Under the pieces are notes generated by a model, which was not told the origin of the DNA, did no database searches, and was given only the letters and a program-made list of their open reading frames with translations. Below are positions 24,601-33,660 of a DNA stretch of 64,000 bases, piece after piece; the stretch's first letter is position 1; each line of letters begins with the position of its first letter. The DNA lies in contig NW_024704743.1 in the NCBI RefSeq assembly GCF_018977255.1, positions 16,680,001 through 16,744,000 on the forward strand, written 5' to 3'. This DNA is from Callorhinchus milii (Eukaryota). The translations under genes were made by a program, and so were the position numbers.

Positions 24601-27600
24601 GTGACTACAATATTGTATTGAAGTTGTAAATGCAACTTTGATGGCCAGTCTGGTTTCCCACAACTAACTGAATTAAGTTTTAACCAAATGTAATTGTTAC
24701 CTTCAGTCCCAAGGAGCCCATCTCTCCCTAGGAGAACAAAAAAAATACCAATTAACAGATAAAATAAATAGTGGAGCCATTCCAAATGTAATAAAAGAAT
24801 TTTGGTGATAAAACATACTAACTTTTTCTCCTTTCACGCCAGGAAATCCCTGTAGAAATTTTAAAACATATTTATAAAACAATTCAAAACATTAATTTCT
24901 CTCCCATTGAGAAACGTTGCAGAAGGTGTGATTTTATTTTGCCTTCAGACCGGGAAATCCAATGTGATGTTCGATTCCAAGATCCCCCTGTGAAAAGTCA
25001 CACACAATCACAACAACAGTAACAACAACAATATTAAGCACTTATATAGTGCCCTTCACATGGGGCAGAGTCTCAGAGTGCTTAACGGTAGCGGAGCATG
25101 ACGTCGAGCCGGGGATGGGGGTAGGGAGTAGATGACCGTAAGCACGGTTAGAGAGGAAAGTCTTCAGTCATGATCTAAAAGAGGGAAGGAGGGGCAATGT
25201 GGTTTCCAAAGAGCCGATGGCATTAAAGATATTAATTAGAAACACTGATCCTAAATTTAGACACCAGATAAAAGACTCTTACGGATCAATACCTTTGTGC
25301 ACTCACATAGCCTGACATGAAGCGTGCCTTAATTCAGGCCATTTATAGAACTTGTGTTACTGTGTGATTACCTGCCTCCTCCTATTAGTAAGCAATGCAT
25401 GCACAGAGATAGGCTTCACCACACTCTATCATTGTGCGACAGTCTGTGCGACAGTCTGGGAGGTTTCTCACCTGTCTACCTAGTGCTCCCAGATCACCTG
25501 TTGGACCTAGAGATCCTTTTGAACCCTGGAAAAAATTGGCTTGTGGAAGAAATAAATTAAACAAGAAAGATTTTTTCATCAAATGTAGCTGCCCTGGTAA
25601 AAACAGATTCTACCCACAAGGGATGGGATGCCTGTCAATGCTTGGCTCCCGGCTGGGCTTCCGCACCTCAGGGGCTGATATTATCACTATTCATGGCTGC
25701 ATTCTTCAACTCACCAATACGAAACCTTTTCAACCCTCAGCTATCCTTCAAACCCTACATTCGTACCGTGACCGGTTACGCTTTTCCCCACCTCCACAAC
25801 ATTGTTTGCCTCCACAACTGACCCTCACCACAGGCTGCTGAGACACTAATCCACTCTTTCATCAAATTTCATTCCATCACACTTTCATCACATCTTGGCT
25901 TGACCATGCCAACTGCAGGCTCTCTGGACTTCCCAGCTCTTCCCTCCACAAACTGCAGATTATTCAAAACACTGTAGCTCGTGTCCACTCCTGCACCAGG
26001 CTCCATGAACCAATCACCTTGATCTTAACCGGCTTCACTGATTCCCCATCCCCTAGAGAATCAGGTAAAAAACTCTTGTTCTCACCTTCAAAGCCCTCCA
26101 TGGTCTTGTTGCCCCTACCTGCCTGACCTCATATCCCCATATCAGCTTGTCCGCTCCCTCCGCTCAGCAGACCTGCTTCAGGTCCCCCGCACTTCCTGCC
26201 CCACCATTGGTGGTTGGACATTCGGCATCTCTGCACTCTGGAACTCTATCCCGCAATCCTTCTGCCTCATTCAAGGGCTGTCTAAAGATCTTCCTCTTTG
26301 ACTGTGCCTTTGCCCACCTTTCCATCCCCACCCTCCACCCCTCCTGATCCCAATTCCCAGCTCGAGTTGAAAAACCTCTGACTGTACAGTGCCCTTGGAT
26401 GTCTTTCCCACATGAAGGGCGCTATAGAAGTGTAATTTGCTGTTGTTGTTCTTGTCTATTAATTGGAATAAAGTAATAATAATCCTTGCATTTGATCATG
26501 TCATCAAAGACATCTCAAAGCGCTTCATAGAATATATTGTAAAGTGAATTGACTGTACTTTGTGGCCGATTGTCGTGGCATTGGAGTTGTCCATCCACAG
26601 TGTGGATAGAAGGGGAAGCAAAACAGACAGTAACAGTCTCAACTTCAAGAGTGGCCTAATGATGGTTGATAAATGGGTAACAAGAGAGGTACAGAAAGCC
26701 TAGGTCAGATCATCCCACCTTCGTCCTAACAGAGAAATGGTGTCTAAAGAGGGGAAAGAGGGAACACAAATCTACGTATCTCTCAGACTATGCAAAACAT
26801 CCTTACTCTTCTTCCATTTATTCCTTCGTGTCCTGCTGCACCATCTGTATGTAAGCACTGCGGTCGACCACACTGCAACGTATATCAAACAAAATGTGAG
26901 TTTTTGCATGCAAGATGCTAGAACAGAATTAAGTGAAAGCAGGTTATTTCATAAAGTCAGAGAAACAAAGAAAGAATAATTAATTGGTTGCGATTGTGAT
27001 TTATTCTTCCTGTATTCTCTATCTCTCTCATACACAAAATACATACATACACACAGTCTCTCTCGCTTCAACCCTGCCTCTCTGACATACACTCACGCTC
27101 ACCAACACTTGCTCTCCCATCCCACTCACACATTAAAGACAGACGTCAGTAGAAAAGTGAATTACAAAATTAAGCAACCATTGTGATGCCATATTTCCAT
27201 TTCTAAAGTATTGGTTTACTTGGCAGAGTGTTAGCAGTGCCACTCATAAGTATTTGCTGTTGATTTTAAATAATAATGTAAGCTTCACTGGACTGTCTAT
27301 TCCAACCTGTTCCATGCCTTGATGATTCTTTTTGTTTAGTGAATAACTTTCCATAACAGATTTATTAATTATCAAACATGTGAGCACATGCGATGCAAGA
27401 TCGTGTCTGGCCTGGTTACGATGACTGGTTGAACGCAATCGATTTTACCAAAAGGTAAGAGATCTAAGAGATGTGAAACTAAGCAAACTATTTTTGCTGC
27501 TGGACAGATCTCCAAGGAATGATGCTTTGAACGATACCTACCTCAATTTCTCCTTCTCTAGCCTGAAATAAAGCAAATAATATATATTTAGAGGAACAAA

Positions 27601-30600
27601 ACTTTAGGCTGCAAATAACAGCAATTTCTTAAACATACTGCAATGTCTACCACGAGTCAGTCACAATGTCCCTGACTTCTGGAATTACCTTATTTCTCCT
27701 CTCCCAGCCTACAAAACCGCTCTTAAAAACATATTTCTTTAACTGTACATTTGATCAATATTGTTAATTTTTCTTTCCTCTACTCTGTGCTCCCTCCTCT
27801 GGGTAATAATTTTCAATGTTCATCCCACATGAAAGGTGTACTTTAGTATTTTAGTTCCTCCTTTCCAGTCTGCACTAAAACAATGGCAATGTAAATCAAC
27901 ATGTAAATCTACACAGGAATGTGTTAAGAAACGTCAACGCATTATATTTTTTAGAGGCTTGCAGCCATTATATAATAATTATTTGAGTTCAAATCCCAGC
28001 ATTCTGGAACAGAATAGGATCGAGGGATCCGTGTAGACAGAATAATGTATGTAACATCATGGTTCCTGAATAGCGGGAAACATTGGAAATATCATGCTAA
28101 GGAAGATCTAGGTCGAGCAATGTAGGATGTAAGTAAGGTCAGATAGATTTGTTTGCTCTTATCTTTTTTTTAGGTAATGTTGCTTGTTTCTTTCCTGAAG
28201 AGATTGAATGGGTTTGTGCACATTGCATTGGAGATTGTACCTGTGATAGGAACAGGTTCTTTTTGGTGATTCGAATGTCTAACTCATGCGGAAATCTATC
28301 ACCATGCTTAAGAATATGCAACCAGCAAAGTGCAAACTAAGAGGTGCACAAACATGTATATTTGGCCTAGTTCGGAGGTAAAAGTAGAACGAATTATAAA
28401 ATGTAACAAACCTGAGGAAACACAACTGTTGTAAATTCAAATGAACTTGAAAAGGACTTGGAAAAAAATGCATTAAAAAGGACTTTAGGAAGAAACCAAC
28501 TGTTGATGCGAACAAGCTGACTATCATGTAGGGACATAGGAAAGTATATGACAAGAAATGACCATTGCAATCCATCTGCTTGGTTCAATTTATTCATTAA
28601 CCCTCTTCTCCCTTATTTAGTGTCTGACCCCATCTTTGCAAAGTGCTCAGAGCCATTATCCTATATGAAAGGCACTATAAAAATGCAAGTTGTTGTTGTA
28701 ACATAGGGAACAAGCAATCACTAGTCACTCAAAGGTGGTGTCACTGATGTCCCCACAGAACATATTTGGCATAACTTGATTTTCATGAAAACAATTCATG
28801 TGAAAAAGTTCTGCAGAGAAACAGCTTCCAAATTAACGTTCAATTTAATTTTTTCAAAAAAATTCTGTGATTTTAACAACAATTTGCACTTATGCAGCAG
28901 TCTTCACACGAGGTAGTGTCTTCAAGTGCTTAACAGAGGTGGAGCTTGACACTGAGCCAGGGAGAGAGGGAGGTGACCATAGGCACAATTGAAGAGGAAG
29001 GTCTTCAGTTGCTATCTGAAGGGAGGAACACAGAGGGATTAAGCATAAAGTGCCAAGGTTTAGGGCATTGTGGCTAACAGCATGGCTACCAAATGTGGAG
29101 TGGATGAGGAATGTGAAGGAGGCTGGAGCTACTTGAGCAAAAGAGGCAGGTAGTGGAGTCGGGTGTAAGCAGGTCAGAGAGGTAGAGAGATGCTAAGGGC
29201 ATGAAGTGATTTATGCGAGTGTGAGGATCTTGAAATTGATCAGTTCTGTAACAGGGAGCCAGTCCAGCCTGGCAAGAACTGCGATGATCCCTTAAATTTT
29301 AAATCAATGATCTTTGGGCTTATTAAGGGAAAATCTCAAAGACATTTCAGGCACCAGGAATCCCCATTAGTAAAAGTTTCTTCCATCAGGCCTAATATTA
29401 CAGTAATCCTTGCATTAGATGTAACGCCTTATCACATTGAAAAATGCTTCTGTAAAGTGTAGGGACTGTGCATTTGAAGGTGAATGCAGCAGCTAATTTT
29501 TTTACGCAGTAATGTCCCACAAACAGCCACAAAATGATTGATCAATTGTGTATCTGGAGCATTGGTGGCCAGGACATTTTGGGAAACTCCCTTCTCTTCA
29601 AATGGAGCCATTGGATCTTTAACATCCACCTGAACAGATAGACAGGACCTCAGTTTAACAGTTTCATCCAAAGAACATGAATGCATCTCTAGCACAGCAC
29701 TGTCAACCTCCATGAGCTCAAAACCCTGACATAGGGTTTGAACTCACAACCTTTTGACTCAAAGCCTATTGACAAGAAGGAGCTGTAAACTCCAGACTAA
29801 CCATCATCTCAATTATCCTCTTGGTTGCAGCAATTCCTGCATCATCTGGAACTACTAAGTAGTCTTTGCGATACATTTCCACAGGCGAGCTGGCAATCTG
29901 CCTGAGCTGGTTTTCAATGGATGCTGAGCTTGTGGCAATGACAAATATCTTTATGCCATCTGCCTTTGCTTCTTCAACTGCCTCTTGGATGCCACCACAG
30001 GGACTGCCAGTGTAGTGCCCATCAGTCAGGACCAGAGCGTACTTCAGACTGGCTTTGCTTGAGGCCCTCGTCTTGATCTGCTCTGTCATGTTCTTCAAAG
30101 CGCAGTCAATAAACGTCCCCCGACCAATGTAACGCACTGCATTCAACTTGGCGAGAAAGGCTGCATTGTTGCTGGTTATCTCACTGAAGATACTGACACG
30201 ATCAGAAAAGTGTAGGCCGCCATATTCCCACTTAATCTGACTGGTACTGAGAGCAACTTGCTGTAACTTAAAGAGAAAGTTAACGAGAAAGGCTTTGAGT
30301 TTGTCCACAAGGCTGCCGCTGGGCATGTCTCTCAGCGCCACACTTTCTGAGGTATCCATGACAAAATACACATTGATCAGACATTCGTTGTTCCCTGAAA
30401 TGACAACAACAAATTATTCTTATTCAACATGTTCAATATGTGCACAAGGGCCTCGATCTCCATCAGGAGGAAAATATTATTCCTGGGCTGGGGCAAGCTC
30501 AGAATATCCCCCTTTCGTAAAATCCAGCCCAGAAAACAAATATTGTATTCGGCAAAGAAAATACAGTCAACTCCTGATAACTCATTACTCTAAGGGAAAA

Positions 30601-31768
30601 GGGCTCAGTGGTGAGGTATCCGGAGTTAGGCATTTGTAGAATTAAATTAAAAAATGTGCCCAGGATATTGACAGCACGATGATTCAAGTGGTAGTGACAA
30701 GTTAAGCCAGGGATGAGTTCTCAAGAGTTTACTATACTTAGAACACACTGTACGGTTACAATTTAAAAGGAAAAATCTACCGCTTCAAAGAAATGGCAGT
30801 GTAAAAGCTTCTGTTGAGCTGGCATGTGAGGCAGAGGGGGCAGGAGAAAGAGAGGAATGCAAATCTTACACCCAGTCACTGTGTAATATTTTCCCACTCT
30901 GTTTAGTGTGAATCTTGTCCTGGTCAATTTCACATTAAAACATCACTATGTGCAGCAATAATTAACGCTGGGGTTAATTACTGAACACCAAAAATAGTAG
31001 CTCTGTGTATCATTACTATGCACACATCAATTTTGATCAATTTATTGCTCATCACTAACTGCCTAATACGATGGTGGTGGTTCTTCTCTCTGAACAGTTC
31101 TGGTGATTCGGACTCTTGTTGGTTTTGGTGAAGGTAAAGAGCAGCATGACTTTATTTAGCATGGTGACTGCCCATGTACTGTCAGCTTAACTCACTTGGT
31201 TGCACTGTTGCTTCAGGGTCAGAAAGATGTTGGTTCAAGCCCCACGTCGGGGGACTTTGATCCACTGATGCTCTAGTACAGTCCTGGGCAGTTCACAAAA
31301 GGAATACTGATTGAAATCAGAAATCATAACATGGGGGTAAATTAATGTAAATAGTAATTCGTTCATCACCTAAACTGTTTGATAAATGAGATTTTTAAAG
31401 GGGAACTGACTTCACAAAAAAGAGCTTGGCAAATTATTTTGTGTCTCTGGAGGAGAAAGAAGAAGTGTTGTGTTTTATTTTGTGATTTTCATCGCTCCCA
31501 AACTAGGCAGCCATGCCACTCAATGACATTTACATTGTTATGTTCCCTAGCTTTCCAAACCATCTTTACAAAGGCCTTTAATATACTGTATCACACCTAC
31601 TAGGAGGATCGAGGAAATAGTTGGCTTACCATTTTGCAGGAGGTTTGCAGGACTGCGAAAGGCGTTGGTGTAGGAATTTGTTATTGTGTATTCTGTGAGC
31701 ACCTGAGCAGATGACTTTAATGCCCAAGAAGATAAAATCATCATCACTGTGAAGCAAATGCCAGCCAT
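6032..31768 (-). CDS. COL6A2: Collagen alpha-2(VI) chain-like, whole spliced CDS (28 coding exons, 3081 nt, 1026 aa)
   Basis: Exons assembled by hand with GT(GC)-AG boundaries give one open frame: signal peptide, VWA N1 (DTSES), 335-aa Gly-X-Y helix with [23 protein letters not shown]1 ([13 protein letters not shown]), CPDLKC linker, VWA C2 (DGSER). The exon size series matches COL6A2. Ortholog versus paralog is unresolved. Confidence 0.9.
6884..7160 (+). mobile_element. Deu-domain SINE
   Basis: tggctcagtgg A-box; core ggagatgccgttctttggatgagctgttaaactgagg...caggtggatgtgaaagatcccatggcactatttgaa. Confidence 0.75.
8193..8520 (+). mobile_element. Deu-domain SINE
   Basis: Same core (aagatcccatgacactatttgaaaagagaagg). 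Confidence 0.7.
9102..9140 (-). CDS. COL6A2: C1-C2 linker exon 39 bp ([13 protein letters not shown])
   Basis: TTTCAG acceptor, GTAGGT donor; matches the DPQIVCPDLPC exon of COL6A2. Confidence 0.93.
9225..9590 (-). mobile_element. Young tRNA-headed SINE, near full length, abutting the C1 exon donor
   Basis: Head remnant, body and (TTA)n tail matching copies at 22915, 35119 and 50270. Confidence 0.8.
9599..10045 (-). CDS. COL6A2: VWA C1 part 2, 447 bp ([13 protein letters not shown]...WIAGGTWT...EEMEQNLCS)
   Basis: TTTCAG acceptor, GTAACT donor; strong COL6A2 C1 motifs. Confidence 0.96.
10569..10721 (-). CDS. COL6A2: VWA C1 part 1, 153 bp ([26 protein letters not shown]...)
   Basis: TTTCAG acceptor, GTAACC donor; DxSxS MIDAS motif. 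Confidence 0.95.
11015..11060 (-). CDS. COL6A2: Cys-rich junction exon 46 bp ([15 protein letters not shown])
   Basis: CAACAG acceptor, GTAAGT donor; RETCGCC motif diagnostic of alpha2(VI). Confidence 0.95.
11812..11847 (-). CDS. COL6A2: Last helix exon 36 bp ([12 protein letters not shown])
   Basis: TTACAG acceptor, GTGAGT donor. Confidence 0.93.
13005..13067 (-). CDS. COL6A2: Helix exon 63 bp ([21 protein letters not shown])
   Basis: TTTCAG acceptor, GTAGGT donor. Confidence 0.94.
13125..13545 (-). mobile_element. L2-type LINE 3' fragment
   Basis: (CAA)n cttgcatttat tail; body homologous to 4630, 48096 and 54211. Confidence 0.75.
13825..13887 (-). CDS. COL6A2: Helix exon 63 bp ([21 protein letters not shown])
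   Basis: CTACAG acceptor, GTAAGT donor. Confidence 0.94.
14503..14538 (-). CDS. COL6A2: Helix exon 36 bp ([12 protein letters not shown])
   Basis: TATTAG acceptor, GTAAGA donor. Confidence 0.93.
15041..15878 (+). mobile_element. Penelope-like retroelement relic (GIY-YIG endonuclease end plus terminal repeat)
   Basis: Frameshifted translation ...[21 protein letters not shown]...[11 protein letters not shown]...[24 protein letters not shown], followed by a terminal repeat with a hammerhead-like motif. Confidence 0.85.
15778..15818 (+). ncRNA. Decayed minimal hammerhead ribozyme of the Penelope element
   Basis: CTGAcAA-A-AGGTC-atc-GACCT-GAAA-tGTTA: stem II intact; core G8 and the stem-III ACGT palindrome each differ by one CpG-type transition. 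Confidence 0.55.
15964..16014 (-). CDS. COL6A2: Helix exon 51 bp ([17 protein letters not shown]) with the canonical G(F/Y)SY interruption
   Basis: TGACAG acceptor, GTGAGT donor; equivalent to the GFSYPGPRG exon of COL6A2. Confidence 0.94.
16440..16745 (-). mobile_element. Deu-domain SINE
   Basis: Reverse complement of the Deu core (gggatcttttacatccacc...catctgaaggacagcacctcc). Confidence 0.7.
16842..16904 (-). CDS. COL6A2: Helix exon 63 bp ([21 protein letters not shown])
   Basis: ATTTAG acceptor, GTAAAG donor. Confidence 0.94.
17384..18198. mobile_element. Cluster of three L2 3' fragments (minus 17384-17690; plus ~17718-17920 and ~18010-18198)
   Basis: [14 protein letters not shown]...[13 protein letters not shown] translation and (TTG)n tails. 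Confidence 0.7.
18276..18338 (-). CDS. COL6A2: Helix exon 63 bp ([21 protein letters not shown])
   Basis: TTTCAG acceptor, GTAAGT donor. Confidence 0.94.
18452..18514 (-). CDS. COL6A2: Helix exon 63 bp ([21 protein letters not shown])
   Basis: TTCCAG acceptor, GTAAGT donor; one Gly position is Asn. Confidence 0.93.
18934..19354. mobile_element. Palindromic MITE-like element interrupted by a CR1 LINE 3' end (~19061-19250, + strand)
   Basis: About 90-bp inverted arms (ggggagaa...tttattctattta...cagaattt); the insert carries ttcaaaagggaattggat...gatgggccaattggcctccttctg. Confidence 0.65.
19913..20119. mobile_element. Palindromic MITE-like element (same family as 18934)
   Basis: Terminal inverted repeats gtagaaattccatctgggtctagattta / taaatctaagcccagatggaactactac. 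Confidence 0.65.
20236..20298 (-). CDS. COL6A2: Helix exon 63 bp ([21 protein letters not shown])
   Basis: TGATAG acceptor, GTATGG donor. Confidence 0.93.
20388..20423 (-). CDS. COL6A2: Helix exon 36 bp ([12 protein letters not shown])
   Basis: ACCTAG acceptor, GTAAGT donor. Confidence 0.93.
20526..20579 (-). CDS. COL6A2: Helix exon 54 bp ([18 protein letters not shown])
   Basis: CCGCAG acceptor, GTAACG donor. Confidence 0.93.
20698..20760 (-). CDS. COL6A2: Helix exon 63 bp ([21 protein letters not shown])
   Basis: TTTCAG acceptor, GTACAT donor. Confidence 0.93.
21160..21570 (-). mobile_element. Deu-domain SINE with L2-like tail
   Basis: Reverse complement of the tRNA-like head (ctgagtcagaaggttgtgggttca) plus Deu core. 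Confidence 0.7.
21645..21707 (-). CDS. COL6A2: Helix exon 63 bp ([21 protein letters not shown]), contains RGD
   Basis: TTACAG acceptor, GTGAGT donor. Confidence 0.94.
22652..22705 (-). CDS. COL6A2: Helix exon 54 bp ([18 protein letters not shown]) with helix Cys89
   Basis: TCCTAG acceptor, GTAAGT donor; the Cys falls at helix residue 89 as in alpha1/alpha2(VI). Confidence 0.95.
22815..22859 (-). CDS. COL6A2: Helix exon 45 bp ([15 protein letters not shown])
   Basis: TTTAAAG acceptor, GTAACA donor; Gly-X-Y x5. Confidence 0.92.
22915..23303 (-). mobile_element. Young tRNA-headed SINE, full length
   Basis: Head GGAATCCTGTAGCATATTGGTTAGAGC...GGGTTCAATTCC (A/B boxes), body, (TTA)n tail. Confidence 0.85.
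24701..24727 (-). CDS. COL6A2: Helix exon 27 bp (GEMGSLGLK)
   Basis: TCCTAG acceptor, GTAACA donor. Confidence 0.92.
24823..24849 (-). CDS. COL6A2: Helix exon 27 bp (GFPGVKGEK)
   Basis: CTACAG acceptor, GTTAGT donor. Confidence 0.92.
24943..24987 (-). CDS. COL6A2: Helix exon 45 bp ([15 protein letters not shown]), GC donor
   Basis: TTTTCACAG acceptor; resembles the GDPGIEGPIGFPGPK exon of COL6A2; ends AAG|GCAAAA. Confidence 0.8.
25472..25525 (-). CDS. COL6A2: Helix exon 54 bp ([18 protein letters not shown])
   Basis: Gly-X-Y x6; TTCCAG acceptor, GTGAGA donor. Confidence 0.93.
25785..26450 (+). mobile_element. L2-type LINE 3' fragment
   Basis: Homologous to 46325 and 62665; tail gcgctatagaagtgtaatttgctgttgttg. 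Confidence 0.8.
26807..26872 (-). CDS. COL6A2: COL6A2-like exon, N1/helix junction (66 bp, [22 protein letters not shown])
   Basis: CxxxxC followed by the first four Gly-X-Y triplets; TTGCAG acceptor, GTAAGG donor. Confidence 0.9.
27542..27562 (-). CDS. COL6A2: COL6A2-like 21-bp micro-exon (AREGEIE)
   Basis: TTTATTTCAG acceptor, GAG|GTAGGT donor; size and position match the 21-bp COL6A2 exon. Confidence 0.8.
28876..29770 (-). mobile_element. L2 fragment (28876-29285) and Deu-domain SINE (~29403-29770)
   Basis: Homology to other copies in the window. Confidence 0.65.
29802..30394 (-). CDS. COL6A2: COL6A2-like exon, VWA N1 domain (593 bp)
   Basis: [15 protein letters not shown]...YGGLHFSD...[15 protein letters not shown]...[12 protein letters not shown]...[19 protein letters not shown] acceptor, GTTAGT donor. 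Confidence 0.95.
31630..31768 (-). CDS. COL6A2: COL6A2-like coding exon 1: signal peptide [22 protein letters not shown]... (exon spans 31630-31788)
   Basis: Kozak context ACAATGG; hydrophobic N-terminus; acceptor CTGTAG at 31789-31790; donor GTAAGC; phase 1 matches the next exon. Confidence 0.85.
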
Positions 31769-32065
31769 TGTGCCACAATCCAAGGATCCTACAGGTTCAG
31801 CAAAGAGGTGGGATTAGATCAGGTGGCTCGTGTGCAAAAAAACACCCGCGTGGATTTGATGGGTCGAATGATCTGTGTCTGAACTGAAATGCATTATCCT
31901 ATTCCTAGCGGTGGATTTTTGTTATGTAAGTGTATAATAATCATAATCCTTGCATTTGACATAGCATCTTATCACATCTTTGAGATGTCTCAAAGCACTT
32001 CACAGAATAAACTGTAAAGTGAATTGAGTGTATTTTGTGGGAAAAATGCGGCAGCCAATTGTGCC

Positions 32066-32182
32066 GGTATCAAGGGATATGGGGCAAAGGTAGGTAATTG
32101 GAGTTGGGGTACAGATCAGCCATGATCTAATAGAATGTCGGAAGAGGCTCGAGGGGCTGAGTGGCCTAATCCTGTTCCGATG
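32066..32182 (+). mobile_element. CR1-type LINE 3' end
   Basis: aagggatatggggcaaagg...gatcagccatgatctaatagaatg...gaggggctgagtggcctaatcctgttcc, typical of CR1/HER-type tails in cartilaginous fish. Confidence 0.65.
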
Positions 32183-33461
32183 ACACTGGGAGAAACTCCC
32201 TTCACTTTTCCAATTGTGCCATTATCACCAAACCCAGTGCTGATCTTGTGCTATAGTCCACAATCACAATTGAGTTCTTGGTTGAATAAAACATTAATTG
32301 AGGTGCCATCTGCCTATACAGATGTTAAAGATCAAACAGCACAATTTGAAAAGGGAAGGGAATTTCTCCTGGTGTCCTGGTCAATAATGCCCCAACTATA
32401 TAAAACAAATTCATTCACTTTATGGTTTCTAGGAAATTGCTGTGTAGCAATTGGATCCACTACACTACAAATCGGATTCACGACAGTAACTGCACAAGTG
32501 TATTGATACAAGACGCTACATCAAATGCAAGGATTATTACGAACATCTTCTCCATGTACTGTCGTGATCTAATTCTTTCTTGAATTTGCCGATACAATGT
32601 GCCTCCAGCTCGTTCCTGGGTAAACTGTTGTACAGGTTTCACCATTGCCTGTATAAAGTAATTCAATCTGAACTATCTGTTCATCTTCCCTTTCTGAGCT
32701 CAATTCCATCTCCCCATGTTGTAGACTTAATAACCAAACAGCGGTCCTCATGTGAAAATGCCTCATTCCAGTGTTTAGTGAAGATGCCAACTTTGCTGGA
32801 AACAGGATTCCTTCTGTCTAATAAGATTATTTGCATGTTAAAGTCTGTGAGCATGAGTGGCTGAAATATTACAATCATTCCTTATAACTAGTTTCATAAA
32901 TGAAACATGGGTTTAAAATTGATATGAAAATGCTCAAAAACTTTTTATTTAGCTGGACTTTTAATTTGAATTAATATTGTACCACAATTACATCACAAAT
33001 CTGTTATGTTTCAACCTGCTTATTTGCTCCTTGTTGTAACTCAGAAATGAACAGTATTAAAAAATATTAAACAATCTTGTATGTTTCTTTTGGTCAGCCA
33101 GGTGTTTGACACACTCAGCAATTCATTCACCAAGCTCCAGAGTCTCCAACCCAAATTGTAGAGAATTTCACGTGTGCATGGAAATCTTCATTCTGTAACT
33201 AAAACATGCAATATACAACATTCAGCACCCTGGAAGGTTTTGTGATCTATACAATGCATCTATACAACAGTTTTCATTGGCAGCAATTAAATATGTAAAC
33301 ATTATTGCATTTGAAAACATAAAGCTTAGTTGCAGACATAATCTGCAAATTTACTCTTTCAGCACCTTGGGACGTCCTCCCGGCATGAAAGGCACTTTAC
33401 AAATGTAATTTTGCATTTTGTAATCTTTGCAATCAGAGAAAATCTATCTAAGAACACTTAC

Positions 33462-33555
33462 CAATAAATGGCTTTGATATAAGTGACAAGTTGTCTCACT
33501 GTTTGATGGTATTAGGAGAAGACATCTGAACTGCTCCTGGGCACTCCACCAATGT
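33462..33555 (-). other. Candidate non-coding first exon (5' UTR); upstream boundary is estimated
   Basis: Strong donor TTG|GTAAGT at 33461-33456 in non-repeat sequence about 1.7 kb upstream of the ATG exon acceptor; the ATG exon has an acceptor, so an upstream exon is required. Confidence 0.45.
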
Positions 33556-33581
33556 TCAAACCTACCTTAGAAATCCTGCTA

Positions 33582-33660
33582 CTTTTATGTTCATCTGGGC
33601 TTGTCTGGGCTTGAGTATGTCATCTGATTTATCAGAGACATGATAGAGGAAGTGAAAGGT
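33582..33660 (-). promoter_or_regulatory. Candidate core promoter: TATA-like CATAAAAG with nearby GATA- and ETS-like motifs
   Basis: CATAAAAG at 33589-33582 about 120 nt upstream of the donor; TGATAA near 33630; GGAAGTG near 33650. Motif evidence only. Confidence 0.35.

Noticed and set aside
25432..25458. 12-bp tandem duplication (TGTGCGACAGTC x2) near a donor; similar ones at ~19417 and ~49996
   Set aside because: Ordinary slippage duplications that do not touch splice signals.
6032..31768. Pseudogene interpretation of the collagen gene
   Set aside because: All 28 exons join in frame without stops, splice sites and exon sizes are preserved, and Cys89, MIDAS motifs and the poly(A) signal are intact.
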